Of a DNA stretch of 64,000 bases, positions 1 through 9,804 are shown piece by piece (the stretch's first letter is position 1; each line of letters starts with the position of its first letter). Source of the stretch: Dongiaceae bacterium (GTDB lineage Bacteria > Pseudomonadota > Alphaproteobacteria > Dongiales > Dongiaceae); the NCBI GenBank assembly GCA_046154965.1, contig JBJXDY010000021.1, positions 3,200 to 67,199 of the forward strand. The letters are read 5' to 3'. The notes under the pieces are model-generated. The model did not search any database, was not told where the DNA came from, and saw nothing but the letters and a program-made list of their open reading frames with translations. The translations under genes and the position numbers were made by a program.

Positions 1-2
1 GC

Positions 3-368
3 CAGTGCCTGAGCAATCTGCTGTCCAACGCCCTCAAATTTACACCCACCGGCGGCGGCGTCAGCGTGCAAGTTGACCGCACCTTCGATGGCGGCATCAG
101 TATTGCGGTCCGCGATACCGGCATCGGCATCGCACCAGAGGACATCGTCGTCGCGCTAGAGCCCTTCGGCCAGATCGACAGCTCTCTCAGCCGGAGATAC
201 CAGGGCACCGGGCTTGGGCTGCCAATCGTGAAGTCCTACATCGAGCTCCACGGCGGCAGCCTCAATATCGTCAGCCGCCCCGGTGAGGGGACAACCGTTA
301 CCCTGTGTTTTCCGCCCGGCCGGGCCCGCAGTGGGGGCCCCGCCGGCGAATCCCGCCAACTCGCCTAG
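3..368 (+). CDS. Sensor histidine kinase, C-terminal HATPase_c part (5' end outside window)
   Basis: Frame is open from the window edge. N-box LSNLLSNALKFTP, G1 box DTGIGI, G2 box GTGLGLPIVK. Listed ORF 66..368 is the tail of this frame. Confidence 0.85.
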   Translation, partial: QCLSNLLSNALKFTPTGGGVSVQVDRTFDGGISIAVRDTGIGIAPEDIVVALEPFGQIDSSLSRRYQGTGLGLPIVKSYIELHGGSLNIVSRPGEGTTVTLCFPPGRARSGGPAGESRQLA

Positions 369-417
369 GCCCGCCTGGACGAGCCGGAAAGCCCCTGTTT
401 CCGCTGCCCTATCCCGC

Positions 418-445
418 TTGACACTCCTGGTATTCTGCCTATCTT
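418..445 (+). promoter_or_regulatory. Candidate sigma-70 promoter of the suf operon (TTGACA-N16-TATCTT)
   Basis: TTGACA at 418-423 and TATCTT at 440-445, about 40 nt upstream of the Rrf2 regulator start. Confidence 0.4.
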
Positions 446-446
446 T

Positions 447-473
447 GAAATACGACTAATTTAGTCGTATTTC
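447..473. promoter_or_regulatory. Perfect 27-bp palindrome, candidate Rrf2/IscR-type operator
   Basis: GAAATACGACTAA-T-TTAGTCGTATTTC: 13-nt arms around one central base, directly downstream of the putative -10. Core GACTAATTTAGTC fits the IscR type-1 core GACTRWWWYAGTC as I recall it. Confidence 0.6.
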
Positions 474-483
474 GGAACGGGCG

Positions 484-978
484 GTGGCGATGATCAGAGT
501 CAGCAGGCTGGCGGACTATGGGGTGGTGCTGGCGTGTCATATCGCTGGACACCCCGGCCAATGCCACAATGCCTATGACTTGGCGGAAGTCACCGGCCTG
601 CCCGCGCCCACGGTCAGCAAGCTACTCGCTGCATTGGCGAAAACGGGAATACTAAGCTCGATCCGCGGGGCCAAGGGCGGCTATCGATTGGCCCGCGATC
701 CCGGCGAGATCACCGCCGCCGACATCGTTACCGCCGTTGATGGTCCGATTGCCCTGACCATCTGCCTGGAAGAAGGCAATGTCGGGGCCTGCGACGTCGA
801 GTCATTGTGTCCGACCCGCCATGGCTGGCACCGGCTAAATGAGGCGATCCGCGCGGCCCTGGCCAGCGTTTCTATATCGGAACTTGCGCCGGCCATGCCC
901 GTGCGCTCGCCCCTGCCCTGGCCCGCCGCCGAAGCGGTGACGCCCCCGGCAACGACGCCGAGCCTGGCGAAATCATAG
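484..978 (+). CDS. Rrf2-family transcriptional regulator (IscR/SUF-regulator like), probably Fe-S binding
   Basis: N-terminal winged-helix typical of Rrf2 (RLADYGVVLACHIA...VSKLLAALAKTGILSSIRGAKGGYRLA). Cys-X8-Cys-X5-Cys-X3-His cluster (CLEEGNVGACDVESLCPTRH). First gene of the suf cluster. Confidence 0.85.
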   Translation: MAMIRVSRLADYGVVLACHIAGHPGQCHNAYDLAEVTGLPAPTVSKLLAALAKTGILSSIRGAKGGYRLARDPGEITAADIVTAVDGPIALTICLEEGNVGACDVESLCPTRHGWHRLNEAIRAALASVSISELAPAMPVRSPLPWPAAEAVTPPATTPSLAKS

Positions 979-996
979 CGGATCGGAAGGACAATC

Positions 997-2451
997 ATGG
1001 CCAGCACGGCTGAAACGGCCGAGAAAGTCCACTCGCTCGCCGGCGAGAAGTACAAGTACGGCTTCGTCACCGACATCGAGTCGGACATGGCGCCCAAGGG
1101 CCTGAGCGAAGACACTGTCTGTTTTATCTCGGACAAGAAGAACGAGCCGCAATGGCTCCTGGACTGGCGCCTCAGGTCGTTCCGCGCCTGGACCCAGATG
1201 GAAGACCCCAAATGGGCGAAGATCGGCTTTCCGGCGATCGATTATCAGGACGCCTATTACTACGCCGCGCCCAAACAGAAGATCACGCCGAAGAGCCTGG
1301 ATGAGATTGATCCGGAGCTGCTGAAAACCTACGAGAAGCTCGGCATTCCGCTCCGCGAGCAGGAGCGGCTGGCCGGAGTCGCGGTTGACGCCGTATTCGA
1401 CAGCGTGTCCGTCGCCACGACTTTCAAGAAGAAGCTCGAGGAAGTCGGCGTCATCTTCTGTTCGATATCGGATGCGGTAAAGAACCATCCCGATCTGGTG
1501 CGCAAGTATCTGGGCAGCGTCGTCCCCTACTCTGACAATTTTTACGCCACGCTCAATTCCGCCGTCTTCACCGACGGGTCCTTCGTCTATGTGCCGGAGG
1601 GCGTGCGCTGCCCGATGGAGCTGTCCACCTATTTCCGCATCAATGCGGCGCAGACCGGCCAGTTCGAGCGCACCCTGATTATTGCCGACCGCGGCAGCTA
1701 TGTGAGCTACCTCGAAGGCTGCACCGCGCCGATGCGTGACGAGAATCAGCTGCACGCCGCTGTTGTCGAGCTGGTCGCACTCGACGATGCCGAGATCAAG
1801 TATTCGACCGTGCAGAACTGGTACCCCGGCGACGAGAACGGCAAGGGCGGCATCTACAATTTCGTCACCAAGCGCGGCGCATGCCGGGGCAAGAACTCCA
1901 AGATTTCCTGGACCCAGGTGGAAACCGGCTCGGCGATCACCTGGAAATATCCGAGCTGCATCCTCCAGGGCGAGAATTCGATCGGCAATTTCTACTCCAT
2001 CGCCATCACCAACAACTATCAGCAGGCCGATACCGGCACCAAGATGATCCATATCGGCAAGAACAGCCGGAGCACCATCATTGCCAAGGGCATCTCCGCC
2101 GGCCGCGCGCAAAGCACCTATCGCGGGCTGGTGCGGATTCTCCCCGGCGCTGCCAATGCGCGCAACTACACCCAGTGCGACTCCCTGCTGATCGGCGACC
2201 GCTGCGGCGCCCATACGGTGCCCTATATCGAAAGCCGCAACCGCACTGCGCGCATCGAGCATGAAGCGACGACCTCGAAGATCAGCGAGGATCAGCTGTT
2301 CTATTGCCGCCAGCGCGGCTTGTCGGCCGAGGACTCGGTCTCCCTGATCGTCAACGGTTTCTGCAAGGAAGTGCTGCAGGAGCTGCCCATGGAATTCGCC
2401 GTCGAAGCGCAAAAGCTCGTCGGCATCAGCCTGGAAGGAAGCGTCGGCTGA
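997..2451 (+). CDS. sufB: Fe-S cluster assembly protein SufB
   Basis: 484 aa. Characteristic SufB sequence ([36 protein letters not shown]). Followed by sufC and sufD. Confidence 0.95.
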   Translation: MASTAETAEKVHSLAGEKYKYGFVTDIESDMAPKGLSEDTVCFISDKKNEPQWLLDWRLRSFRAWTQMEDPKWAKIGFPAIDYQDAYYYAAPKQKITPKSLDEIDPELLKTYEKLGIPLREQERLAGVAVDAVFDSVSVATTFKKKLEEVGVIFCSISDAVKNHPDLVRKYLGSVVPYSDNFYATLNSAVFTDGSFVYVPEGVRCPMELSTYFRINAAQTGQFERTLIIADRGSYVSYLEGCTAPMRDENQLHAAVVELVALDDAEIKYSTVQNWYPGDENGKGGIYNFVTKRGACRGKNSKISWTQVETGSAITWKYPSCILQGENSIGNFYSIAITNNYQQADTGTKMIHIGKNSRSTIIAKGISAGRAQSTYRGLVRILPGAANARNYTQCDSLLIGDRCGAHTVPYIESRNRTARIEHEATTSKISEDQLFYCRQRGLSAEDSVSLIVNGFCKEVLQELPMEFAVEAQKLVGISLEGSVG

Positions 2452-2477
2452 GGCCGCTTTGAAATAGAGAAGTTAGA

Positions 2478-3233
2478 ATGCTGGAAATCCAGAATCTCCA
2501 CGTCACCGTCGCCGGCAAGCAGATCCTGAAGGGTCTGGATTTGAAGATCTCGACCGGCGAGGTCCACGCTATCATGGGACCGAACGGCTCAGGCAAGAGC
2601 ACGCTGTCCTATGTGCTGGCCGGCCGCGACGGCTATGAAGTGACCGACGGCGCCATCCTCTACCAGGGAAAGAACCTGCTGGAGCTGAATACCGAGGAGC
2701 GGGCGCGGGCAGGCATCTTTCTCGCCTTTCAGTATCCGGTCGAAATCCCCGGCGTCGGCAGTAACAATTTCATGAAATCGGCGCTCAATGCCGTGCGCAA
2801 ACACCGTGGCCTGCCCGAACTGGACGCCATGGAGTTCCTCAAGCTCATCAGAACCAAGCGCGATATGCTCGGCGTCGCCGAGGACATGCTGAAACGCCCG
2901 CTGAACGTCGGATTCTCCGGCGGCGAAAAAAAGCGCGCGGAGATCCTGCAGATGACCCTGCTGGAACCGACGCTGGCGATCCTCGACGAAACCGACTCCG
3001 GCCTGGACATCGACGCCCTGAAGGTCGTCGCCAAGGGCATCAATGCGCTGCGCTCGCCGGACCGTTCGATGCTGGTGATCACCCATTATCAGCGCCTGTT
3101 GGATTATGTTCAGCCGGATTTCGTGCATGTGCTGTCCGATGGCCGCATCGTCCGCTCCGGCGGCCGCGAGCTGGCTCACCAGCTCGAGAAGGAAGGCTAT
3201 GGTCGCCATCAGGCGAACAGGCCGGCAGCCTAG
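2478..3233 (+). CDS. sufC: Fe-S cluster assembly ATPase SufC
   Basis: 251 aa. Walker [10 protein letters not shown], signature FSGGEKKR, Walker [13 protein letters not shown]. Position between sufB and sufD. Confidence 0.95.
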   Translation: MLEIQNLHVTVAGKQILKGLDLKISTGEVHAIMGPNGSGKSTLSYVLAGRDGYEVTDGAILYQGKNLLELNTEERARAGIFLAFQYPVEIPGVGSNNFMKSALNAVRKHRGLPELDAMEFLKLIRTKRDMLGVAEDMLKRPLNVGFSGGEKKRAEILQMTLLEPTLAILDETDSGLDIDALKVVAKGINALRSPDRSMLVITHYQRLLDYVQPDFVHVLSDGRIVRSGGRELAHQLEKEGYGRHQANRPAA

Positions 3234-3244
3234 GATCTAGAGCG

Positions 3245-4570
3245 ATGCCGTCATCGAACCGTTCCATCGCCCTGCCCTACGCCGACCGCTTTGCAGCGGT
3301 CGCGGCGTCGTTGCCGGGCAGTGGCTTGCCCTGGTTGCGGGACATGCGCACGGAAGCGCTCGCGCGTTTCCGGCGCCAGGAACTGCCGTCGACGCGGGTC
3401 GAACGTTGGAAATACACGAACCTGCATCCGGTCGCCGCGCGAGAATTCGCGACGGCAGCCCCGGCACCGGCGAATGACAAGACACCGGCCGCTGCGCCCG
3501 CGATCGCCGACGCCCTCGCCCGCCTCATCTTCGCCAATGGCGTGCTACAGGCATCGGATACCGCCCGTTTGCCCAAGGGCGTGCGTTTCCTGAGCATGCC
3601 CGAGGCTGTTACCGGCGACACCGACTGGCTGCGCCGATCGCTGGCCGCGGCGAAATTTGACGATCCGCTGGCCGCGCTCAATCTCGCCTTCATGTCGAAC
3701 GGCGTTGTGCTGCGGATTGATGACGGCGTTCGGCTTCCAGCACCGATCGAGATTTTGCATGTCGCGGATACCCGTGGCGAAGCTCGAGCCTTTCATCACC
3801 GCCATGTCATTGCCTTGGGAGAGGGTTCGGCCTGCACCATTGTCGAGCGCTTCACCGGCGCGGCCGCCGATCCCTATTGGACGCATCACCACAGCGATGT
3901 CGCCGTTGGCGCGGACGCGCACTGCCGCTACTTCAAGGTTCAGGATGAGGGCGCGCAGGCCATCCACTTGGCCGCCATGACTGCCGCTGTTGGAAAGGCC
4001 GGCGGCTTCGACAGCTTCGTATTGACCACCGGCGGCGGCCTTTCACGGCATGAGATCACCGTGTCGCTGGACGCGCCCGGCGCAACCTGCCGCTTGGATG
4101 GCTGTTATCTCGGTCGCGGCCGGCAGCATATCGACAATACGACCGACATCCGCCACGCCGCACCCGAGACCACCAGCAGTGAAACCTACAAGGGCGTGCT
4201 GGACGAGCAGGCCCACGGCGTCTTCCAGGGCCGGATCACCGTCCAGCCCCACGCCCAGAAAGTGGATGGCCGCCAGCTCAACAAGACCATCCTGCTGTCC
4301 GATCGCGCGGAGATGGATACCAAGCCGGAACTGGAGATCTACGCCGACGACGTGAAATGCAGCCATGGCGCCACGATCGGCGAGCTAGACGAAAACGCCG
4401 TGTTCTACCTGCGCGCCCGCGGGATCGGCCTCGCCGAAGCCCGGCAGATGCTGGTGGAGGGCTTTATCGAGGACCTCATCGGCGCCGTGGATGATCCGGC
4501 CGTTCGCGATGCCTTCCTTGCCCACGCCCGCGGCTGGATGGCGCAGCCGAGCCCGGGGATCGCCGCATGA
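3245..4570 (+). CDS. sufD: Fe-S cluster assembly protein SufD
   Basis: 441 aa. C-terminal SufB/SufD beta-helix motifs (TKPELEIYADDVKCSHGATIGELD). Operon position; 4-nt overlap with sufS. Confidence 0.9.
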   Translation: MPSSNRSIALPYADRFAAVAASLPGSGLPWLRDMRTEALARFRRQELPSTRVERWKYTNLHPVAAREFATAAPAPANDKTPAAAPAIADALARLIFANGVLQASDTARLPKGVRFLSMPEAVTGDTDWLRRSLAAAKFDDPLAALNLAFMSNGVVLRIDDGVRLPAPIEILHVADTRGEARAFHHRHVIALGEGSACTIVERFTGAAADPYWTHHHSDVAVGADAHCRYFKVQDEGAQAIHLAAMTAAVGKAGGFDSFVLTTGGGLSRHEITVSLDAPGATCRLDGCYLGRGRQHIDNTTDIRHAAPETTSSETYKGVLDEQAHGVFQGRITVQPHAQKVDGRQLNKTILLSDRAEMDTKPELEIYADDVKCSHGATIGELDENAVFYLRARGIGLAEARQMLVEGFIEDLIGAVDDPAVRDAFLAHARGWMAQPSPGIAA

Positions 4571-5829
4571 CCGCCGCCGCCCTCGCTTTGTCGGAACGGC
4601 AGAATGCGCCGATCCTGGACCTGGAGCGGGTCCGCCGGGATTTCCCGATTCTGGCGAAGCCGGTCCATGGCCACCGCCTGGTGTTCCTGGACAGCGCCGC
4701 CAGCGCCCAGAAGCCGCGCGCCGTCATCGACGCGATCAAGTACTGCTATGAAACCGAGTACGCCAACGTTCATCGCGGCGTCTACTGGCTGAGCGAACGC
4801 GCGACCCTGAACTTCGAGGGCGCACGTGAACGGATCGCCAAGTTCCTCAACGCAAAGGAAGCGCGGGAGATCATCTTCACCCGCAGCGCCACGGAGGCGA
4901 TCAATCTGGTCGCCTTCAGCTACGGCGAAGGCTTCCTCAAGGCCGGCGATGAGGTCATCATCTCCGCCTTGGAACACCACTCCAACATCGTGCCCTGGCA
5001 GTTGCTGCGCGACCGCAAGGGCATCGTGCTGAAGGTGGCGCCGATCAATGACGCGGGTGAATTCCTGCTGGATGAGTACGCGAAGCTGTTCACATCGCGC
5101 ACCAAGCTCGTCGCGGTAACGCACACCTCCAATGCCCTGGGCACCGTGACTCCGATCACCGATATCATCCGCATCGCCCGCGAGCATGGCACCCATGTAA
5201 TGGTGGACGGTTCCCAGGCAGCGCCGCACCGGGCTGTCGACGTCCGGGCTCTGGGCTGCGATTTCTTCATCTTCACCGGCCACAAGGTCTATGGGCCGAG
5301 CGGGATCGGCGTGCTCTACGGCAAGGCCGATCTGCTCAACGCCATGCCGCCCTATCAGGGCGGCGGCGACATGATCCGCTCGGTGACCTTCGAGAAGACC
5401 GAATTCGCCGATATCCCCAACCGTTTCGAGGCCGGCACGCCTCATATCTCCGGCGCCATCGGCCTCGCGGCTGCCGCCGATTACGTCACCGCGCTCGGCT
5501 TCGATCGGATTGAAGCCCACGAGCAGGCGCTGCTGACCTACGCCACGGAGCGGTTGAACGATGTTCCAGGCCTCACCATCGTCGGTCGTGCGAAACACAA
5601 AGCCAGCATCGTCTCCTTCACCATGGAGGGCGCCCATCCCCACGACATCGGCACGATCTTGGACCGGCAGGGCATCGCCGTCCGCGCCGGCCATCACTGT
5701 GCGCAGCCGCTGATGGACCGCTTAAATGTGGCGGGAACCGCGCGCGCCTCCTTCGGCTTGTACAATGGCTTCGACGATGTGGATGCGCTGGCCGACGGCC
5801 TGCTGCGGGTACGGGAGATCTTCGGCTGA
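4567..5829 (+). CDS. sufS: Cysteine desulfurase SufS (class V aminotransferase)
   Basis: 420 aa. PLP-lysine context FTGHKVYGPSGIGVLYG and active-site loop RAGHHCAQPL typical of group II SufS/CsdA. Confidence 0.93.
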   Translation: MTAAALALSERQNAPILDLERVRRDFPILAKPVHGHRLVFLDSAASAQKPRAVIDAIKYCYETEYANVHRGVYWLSERATLNFEGARERIAKFLNAKEAREIIFTRSATEAINLVAFSYGEGFLKAGDEVIISALEHHSNIVPWQLLRDRKGIVLKVAPINDAGEFLLDEYAKLFTSRTKLVAVTHTSNALGTVTPITDIIRIAREHGTHVMVDGSQAAPHRAVDVRALGCDFFIFTGHKVYGPSGIGVLYGKADLLNAMPPYQGGGDMIRSVTFEKTEFADIPNRFEAGTPHISGAIGLAAAADYVTALGFDRIEAHEQALLTYATERLNDVPGLTIVGRAKHKASIVSFTMEGAHPHDIGTILDRQGIAVRAGHHCAQPLMDRLNVAGTARASFGLYNGFDDVDALADGLLRVREIFG

Positions 5830-6290
5830 TGTCTGACCTGCGTGAACTCTATCAGGAGGTCATCCTCGACCACAGCCGCCAGCCGCGGAACTTCCGCAAG
5901 CTGCCGGCGGCAACCTGCGAGGCCAAGGGCGACAATCCGCTCTGCGGCGACCGGGTGACCGTCTATCTCAAGGTCAAGGATGGGATCGTCGAAGACGTGA
6001 CCTTTGAAGGCCGTGGCTGCGCAATTTCGATGGCCTCGGCGTCCATGATGACCGAAGTGCTTAAGGGAAAGTCCGAGGTCGAAGTGCGCGAACTCTTTGA
6101 CCGCTTCCACGATTCCATGACCGGCAAGAGCGCCTGCCACGGCGCCGACGTTGGCGCCCTGGACAAGCTGATGGTGCTGTCGGGCGTGCGTGAGTACCCC
6201 ATGCGCGTGAAGTGCGCGACTCTGTCCTGGCACACGCTGATGGCGGCGCTTGACCAAAAGCAATCTTCCATCTCGACGGAGAACGCCTAA
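5829..6290 (+). CDS. sufU: SUF-system NifU/IscU-like sulfur acceptor (SufU family)
   Basis: 153 aa. Conserved Cys contexts NPLCGD, GRGCAIS, VKCATLSW. Start overlaps the sufS stop (TGATG). Confidence 0.85.
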   Translation: MSDLRELYQEVILDHSRQPRNFRKLPAATCEAKGDNPLCGDRVTVYLKVKDGIVEDVTFEGRGCAISMASASMMTEVLKGKSEVEVRELFDRFHDSMTGKSACHGADVGALDKLMVLSGVREYPMRVKCATLSWHTLMAALDQKQSSISTENA

Positions 6291-6293
6291 GCC

Positions 6294-6689
6294 ATGTCCG
6301 CCGAACAGCAGGCTTCAACCGGTTCGATGCCCGACACGGCGCCGCCCGCGACCGCCGGCGGGAGCGATCTCACGGCCGAGCAGATCGAGGCTCTCCGCCC
6401 ACGGATCGTGGACGCGATCAAGACCGTCTATGATCCGGAAATCCCGGTGAACATCTACGAACTAGGCCTGATTTACGACCTGGATATCGATCCCAAGGGC
6501 AATGTGGCCATCAAGATGACCCTCACGGCCCCCGGCTGCCCCGTGGCGGGCACCATGCCCCAGATGGTCCGGGATGCCGTTGCCCGGGTCGAAGGCCTTA
6601 ACGATATCGACGTAGATTTGGTGTGGGATCCGCCCTGGGATAAGTCCCGCATGTCCGAGGCCGCCCAGCTTGAACTGGGCATGTTCTAG
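6294..6689 (+). CDS. sufT: DUF59/SufT-type Fe-S assembly protein
   Basis: 131 aa. DUF59 signature DPEIPVNIYELGLIYD...TLTAPGCP. Confidence 0.85.
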   Translation: MSAEQQASTGSMPDTAPPATAGGSDLTAEQIEALRPRIVDAIKTVYDPEIPVNIYELGLIYDLDIDPKGNVAIKMTLTAPGCPVAGTMPQMVRDAVARVEGLNDIDVDLVWDPPWDKSRMSEAAQLELGMF

Positions 6690-6722
6690 TCTTAACTATT
6701 AAGTCCTACTGGAGTCCTTGTA

Positions 6723-7064
6723 ATGCGCCCGACCCTGAGCCCGATCAAGATCACCGACGCTGCCGCCGAGCGCTTCAAATCGCTGCTGGTGAAGCGCGAT
6801 CAGCCGCCGGCCGGCCTGCGCATCAGCGTGAGGGCCAAGGGCTGTTCCGGTCTCTCCTACGTCATCGACTACGCCGACGAGAAGGGGCCGAACGACGAAG
6901 TCGTGCAGGACAAAGGCGTGACGATCTTCATCGATCCCCGCGCCACTATGTTCATCATCGGCACCGAAGTGGACTATGTCGAAGACAAGCTGCAGTCCGG
7001 CTTTGTCTTCAAGAATCCGAACGAAAAGGGCCGCTGCGGCTGCGGCGAGTCATTCCACGTATAG
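6723..7064 (+). CDS. sufA: A-type Fe-S carrier (SufA/IscA/ErpA, HesB family)
   Basis: 113 aa. GCSG and C-terminal CGCGESF motifs. Confidence 0.9.
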   Translation: MRPTLSPIKITDAAAERFKSLLVKRDQPPAGLRISVRAKGCSGLSYVIDYADEKGPNDEVVQDKGVTIFIDPRATMFIIGTEVDYVEDKLQSGFVFKNPNEKGRCGCGESFHV

Positions 7065-7089
7065 ACCGGACCATTGATCTTGATTTGGG

Positions 7090-7124
7090 CGCCCCGGCCT
7101 TTCAGCCGGGGCGTTTCGCATTTC
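7090..7124 (+). terminator. Rho-independent terminator after the suf operon
   Basis: Stem CGCCCCGGC (7090-7098) / GCCGGGGCG (7105-7113), 6-nt loop, followed by TTTCGCATTTC. Confidence 0.7.
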
Positions 7125-7199
7125 GGGCCGGCAATCGCCGGCGTTTGACGTGCCGCTGGCAGCGACTAACCTCTGTCCGGATCGGAGGATTCCCCGCCA

Positions 7200-8210
7200 A
7201 TGCGTCTTCGCGTCGCGACATTCAACATCGAGAATCTGGACATCGGCCCGGAATGGCCGCCGATCGAGGCGCGCGTTCCCACGCTGCAGGCTCAGCTCCG
7301 GCGGTTGAATGCGGACATCATTTGTCTTCAGGAAGTGAATGGGCAGAAGTTACCCGGCGCGAGAGCTCGGCAACTTTTGGCTCTGGACGCAGTTGTAAAG
7401 CACACGGGCTACGAGAGCTTTCAGCGCGCCTCTACGATCAACGAGAGTTCCGGTGGAGCCTACGATGTCCACAATCTGGTGACGCTCAGCCGCTTTCCCA
7501 TTCGCAGGATTGAGCAGGTGCTCCACATGCTGGTCCCTCCGATGACCCACAGAATCCTGTTTTCGCCCCAAACACCGGCTGCCACCGATATCCGCTGGGA
7601 CCGCCCCTTGCTTCACACGGAGATCGCGGTCAGTGAAACCTGCCGGCTGCATGTGATCAATCTTCATCTGCGCGCGCCCATCGCTTCGGCCGTGCCGGGC
7701 GGAAAATCATCGGCGACGACTTGGCGCGACACGACGGCTTGGGCGGAGGGATACTTTCTGGCCGAGATGAAGCGGTCGGGTCAGGCATTGGAAGCCCGCC
7801 TGCTGACCGATCAGATCCTCGACAAATCGCATGACGCCGCCATTCTCGTCTGCGGCGATTTCAACGCCGAGGCGAACGATACCGCGCTGCAGATCTTGCA
7901 GGCATCGCCGGAAGACACCGGCAATCGCGATCTCGCCTGGCGCACGCTGGTGCCGCTGGAAAATCCCGGTGACGACATCCGGCAGTTCACGGTGATGCAT
8001 GGCGGCCGCGGCGTCATGCTGGATCACATCCTGGCTTCCGCGACGATGGCGCTTGCCTGCCGCAACGTCACCATCGACAACAGCGCCCTGCTCGATGAGG
8101 TCGAGCCCGCGTCGGTCAGCAGCCTTCGTCCCGGTTCCTACCATGCACCCGTTGTCGCAGAGTTCCAGCTGCAAACCACAAGCCGCGTTGACGGCGATCC
8201 CATCGATTGA
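7200..8210 (+). CDS. Endonuclease/exonuclease/phosphatase (EEP) family protein
   Basis: 336 aa. N-terminal LRVATFNIENL, ADIICLQEV, GDFN and C-terminal DHIL motifs typical of the EEP fold. Confidence 0.8.
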   Translation: MRLRVATFNIENLDIGPEWPPIEARVPTLQAQLRRLNADIICLQEVNGQKLPGARARQLLALDAVVKHTGYESFQRASTINESSGGAYDVHNLVTLSRFPIRRIEQVLHMLVPPMTHRILFSPQTPAATDIRWDRPLLHTEIAVSETCRLHVINLHLRAPIASAVPGGKSSATTWRDTTAWAEGYFLAEMKRSGQALEARLLTDQILDKSHDAAILVCGDFNAEANDTALQILQASPEDTGNRDLAWRTLVPLENPGDDIRQFTVMHGGRGVMLDHILASATMALACRNVTIDNSALLDEVEPASVSSLRPGSYHAPVVAEFQLQTTSRVDGDPID

Positions 8211-8217
8211 GGGCCCA

Positions 8218-9804
8218 ATGACAGTCACCATGGATTTCCACGGCGCGGCCGGCAGCGTCACCGGTTCCTGCTACCGCATCGTCCATCCCAAGGGCAGCTT
8301 CCTGGTGGATTGCGGCATGTTCCAGGGTTCGAAAACGCTCAACGCGCTGAACCACCGCCCCCTGCCCTTCGATCCCCGCGAGCCCGCTTTCGTGCTGCTG
8401 ACCCATGCCCATATCGATCACAGCGGCATGCTGCCGCGGCTCACCAAGGCAGGTTTCCGCGGCCCTATCTACACCATTCCCAGCACCTCCGACCTGCTCA
8501 CCTTCATGCTGCCGGACTCCGGCAGCATCCAGGAATCGGAAGTCGAGCGGCTGAACCGGCGCAACGAACAGCGCGGCCAGGAGAGGTTGCAACCGATCTA
8601 TACGGTGGAAGACGCCAAGTCCTGCCTCGAGCAGATCCGCGACGTTGCGTATGAACAGTGGCTGAAGGCATCTCCGGGCGTCCGGGTGCGCTTTTGGAAC
8701 GCGGGTCACATCCTGGGATCGGCGTCGCTTGAGATCGAAATCGAGACTGGCGAGAAACAGCATCCAACGCTTCGCCTGCTCTTCTCTGGCGATCTGGGGC
8801 CGAGCCACAAAGCGTTTCACCCCGATCCGGACGCTCCGGAAGGTTTCGACTACGTGGTGACAGAGTCGACCTACGGCGGGCGGGACCGGCCGGACGCAAC
8901 GCCGGAGTATCGCCGCTCCCTGCTGCGCACCGAGGTAAAGGCCGCGCTTGAGCGCGGCGGCAACCTGCTGATCCCTTCTTTCGCGGTCGAGCGAAGCCAG
9001 GAGCTGTTGCTCGACCTGGCCCATCTGTTTCGCCATCGCGAGCTGCCCGCCAGTCATGTCTACATCGATTCACCCATGGCCGTACGGGCCACCAAGGTCT
9101 TCATGGAGCATGCGAAGGATCTTGAGGATATGGATGATGGATCTCCATTCGACATGCCCAATTTCCATTTCGTCGAGACGGTCGACCAAAGCAAGGCCGT
9201 GAACATGATCAAGGCCGGCGCGATCGTCCTCTCGGCCAGCGGCATGTGCGAGGCCGGGCGCATCCGGCACCACCTCAAACACAATCTCTGGCGGCCCGAA
9301 TGCACGGTCTTGTTCGTCGGCTATCAGGCGCCGGGGACGTTAGGTCAATTGCTGGTGTCCGGCGCGAAGACGGTCCGCATTCACAATGAAGAAGTCATTG
9401 TGCGGGCGGCGATGCGGCGGCTGGAGGCCTATTCCGGCCATGCCGACGGCCCGGAACTCGTAACCTGGATCAAGGAACGCCTGCCGGTGAAAAGCGGCAT
9501 CTTCCTGACCCATGGCGAGCCGGAGGGCCGCCAAGCGTTCAAGGCCGGGCTGGTGGCGGCCGGTTGCGACGGCAACAAGATCTTCCTGCCGGAGCTTGAC
9601 GATCGGTTCGACCTCACCGCCGGCCGGATGGCGGAGGCAGCGGCTCATCGCCTCCCGGCCGAGCAGGTTGCCACCGAAGATTGGCACAACAAGCACGCCG
9701 CCTTCATCCTCGATCTCCGCCAGCATCTGGCGTCACTTAGGAGCAACGCCGACCGGGAACGTTTACTGACGGAATTGCAAGGCCGCCTGAAAAATCGGGC
9801 CTAG
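8218..9804 (+). CDS. MBL-fold beta-CASP nuclease (RNA-metabolising metallo-beta-lactamase family)
   Basis: Start chosen at ATG 8218 (MTVTMDFHGAAGSVTGSC), 7 nt after the EEP stop. HAHIDHSG motif, beta-CASP motifs (ESTYG, SGHAD). The listed ORF from 7999 overlaps the EEP gene and is judged an over-extension. Confidence 0.85.
   Translation: MTVTMDFHGAAGSVTGSCYRIVHPKGSFLVDCGMFQGSKTLNALNHRPLPFDPREPAFVLLTHAHIDHSGMLPRLTKAGFRGPIYTIPSTSDLLTFMLPDSGSIQESEVERLNRRNEQRGQERLQPIYTVEDAKSCLEQIRDVAYEQWLKASPGVRVRFWNAGHILGSASLEIEIETGEKQHPTLRLLFSGDLGPSHKAFHPDPDAPEGFDYVVTESTYGGRDRPDATPEYRRSLLRTEVKAALERGGNLLIPSFAVERSQELLLDLAHLFRHRELPASHVYIDSPMAVRATKVFMEHAKDLEDMDDGSPFDMPNFHFVETVDQSKAVNMIKAGAIVLSASGMCEAGRIRHHLKHNLWRPECTVLFVGYQAPGTLGQLLVSGAKTVRIHNEEVIVRAAMRRLEAYSGHADGPELVTWIKERLPVKSGIFLTHGEPEGRQAFKAGLVAAGCDGNKIFLPELDDRFDLTAGRMAEAAAHRLPAEQVATEDWHNKHAAFILDLRQHLASLRSNADRERLLTELQGRLKNRA

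Noticed and set aside
973-2412. 479-aa ORF on the minus strand
   Set aside because: Antisense to sufB, whose identity is unambiguous.
7999-8217. N-terminal extension of the beta-CASP ORF overlapping the EEP gene
   Set aside because: The extension is Ser/Pro/Ala-rich and overlaps the 3' end of the EEP gene. The MBL fold starts right after the ATG at 8218.
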